Source: Octopus sinensis (Eukaryota). From it: 64,000 nt of DNA. This document shows positions 62,130 to 64,000 of the stretch, one piece after another. A model generated the notes under the pieces. That model saw only the letters and a program-made list of their open reading frames with translations. It did not search any database and had not been told where the DNA came from. The position numbers and the translations under genes are program-made. The stretch lies in assembly GCF_006345805.1 (NCBI RefSeq), contig NC_043002.1, forward strand, positions 106,206,001-106,270,000. The letters run 5' to 3'. Numbering within the stretch: the first letter of the stretch is position 1; every line of letters starts with the position of its first letter.

Positions 62130-62480
62130 TGTGTGTTGTAATTGTTGTGGAGGTGTTTATCACCTTCTCTTGAAGTATATCTATGTTATACAGTGCAATG
62201 GTTGGATATATCTAATGTCCTCTGGTGATGCTGATAAGAAAGGAAACTGGATGTGGCAGATGTTACTCCAAGTCTATTTATTAGGAGCCAGGTTCTCGAT
62301 GTGATTGATACATATTTGGAAATGTTGTACGGCAGTTGTCAACAGAATGATTGGAGGATATGAATGTGATTTCATTCGCATACAGTGCTGTATGTATCTT
62401 TCTAGATGTTAGAAGAGGGGTTTAGATTTAAGATAAAAGGCGTGGGTAAGAAGACGGATCCCTTACCTACTCCATCTGGC
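62130..62480 (-). mobile_element. Highly degenerate LINE RT fragment (Jockey/I-like)
   Basis: GVGKGSVFLPT.F...TALYANEI resembles GVPQGSVLSP...LYADD. Confidence 0.35.
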
Positions 62481-63084
62481 AAATCATAAATTCTGGAAGT
62501 GTTGTTTTGTGTACTACATAACTAGCCAGGGACTTTGTGTTGTTTCTTAAAGACGAGTATTTTTGGTTATGTTAGATACAAATGCTTGCCAGATTTCTGT
62601 TTATCCACGGGTTATTATTATTATTGTTGTTGTTGTGGTTGTTGTTATTGTTATTGTTGCTATCATTTCCCTGCTTAGTTGCTTGATGTTGAGTTTTATT
62701 CCAGTTGCGTGTGGCGGATGGTGAATTGTGTTTGAAGTTTTCCTTAGTTTTTATCAGGTTGGTATTTTAGTTGTGTAATTAGGGGCTTACTTTGTTATTA
62801 TTATTTTTATGTTTCCTTTTGAGATAAGTTTTTTTTCTCTCTCTTGGCTCCAACAATTATTTTGTTAAGTGTTAAGTTCTGTAGTATTTATGTTACAGTC
62901 TTTACGATTATGTGATCGCCATCTTGGCTCGCCGGCTTTACCTGTTTTATTGGAGGATAATTAAGAATTTAAGTGGTCCTGTGTTGGAATTGGGAGCCAA
63001 TAAAGAATATTTTAGATTGTCTTTGAAACTAGTCGAATCAGCAGTCAAACCTCTACAGATCACGCCTAGAAAGGTAGATTATTG

Positions 63085-63426
<342 letters not shown>

Positions 63427-63470
63427 ACCTACGACTACTATGTTTTTATTGTTACAATTATTTTTATTAA

Positions 63471-63502
<32 letters not shown>

Positions 63503-63926
63503 AAACATGTGCATAAACTGTTATATATTAATGTTTTTCCCAGTAACGCAGTTTCTTTTTCGCATATGTATTTCCGTGTGTGTGTGTGTGTGTATAGATA
63601 TGTATGTATGCATATATGAATATATGTGTGCATGTATATGAGTGTGTGTATGTATGTATGTTTGTGCGTGCCTGTGTGTATGTATGTTTGTAAGTGTGTG
63701 TATTTGTGTACGCAGGCATGCATATGAATGTATGTTTTTGTGCATGTATGTATGTGTGTGTATGCTTATGTGCGTGTGTGACGTGTGTACTTTGGTGTAT
63801 GTATATATATGTGTGTGTGTGTGCGAGTGGACATTGGCTATTTGCGTATGTAACGTGTGTGTGTGTGTGTGAACGTGTGTGCATTGTGCTAATGTGCAAT
63901 GTATCTATCAATCAATCAATCAGCCA

Positions 63927-63980
<54 letters not shown>

Positions 63981-64000
63981 GTAGCTAGCTAGCTAGCTAT

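Overview
AT-rich, microsatellite-dense animal genomic DNA, most likely octopus (inferred from the SINE families and repeat style, not from a search). One host gene is well supported: the last four coding exons of a DNAJC4-like J-domain protein (+ strand, 392-13740). A possible first coding exon of a second gene lies at 45583. The rest is largely nested mobile DNA: RTE, CR1 and Tx1(L1)-clade LINE copies, Penelope-like elements (PLEs), a Tc1 IR-DR element, a DD37D maT element, MITEs, Helentron-type HINEs and two tRNA-like SINE families. Five observations stand out. (1) A near full-length Tx1 LINE sits inside the tRNA-like head of a SINE with a 16-bp target-site duplication (TSD). (2) A second Tx1 copy sits in (TCTA)n with a ~130-bp duplicated flank. 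(3) One SINE family shares its 3' tail and stem-loop with that Tx1 and also forms a 184-bp tandem array. (4) About a dozen hammerhead-ribozyme (HHR) motifs from several PLE-type repeats are present, one with an intact core and two as an inverted pair in a DNAJC4 intron. (5) There is a ~760-bp near-perfect palindrome. All alignments and folds were done by eye, and most repeat boundaries are approximate.
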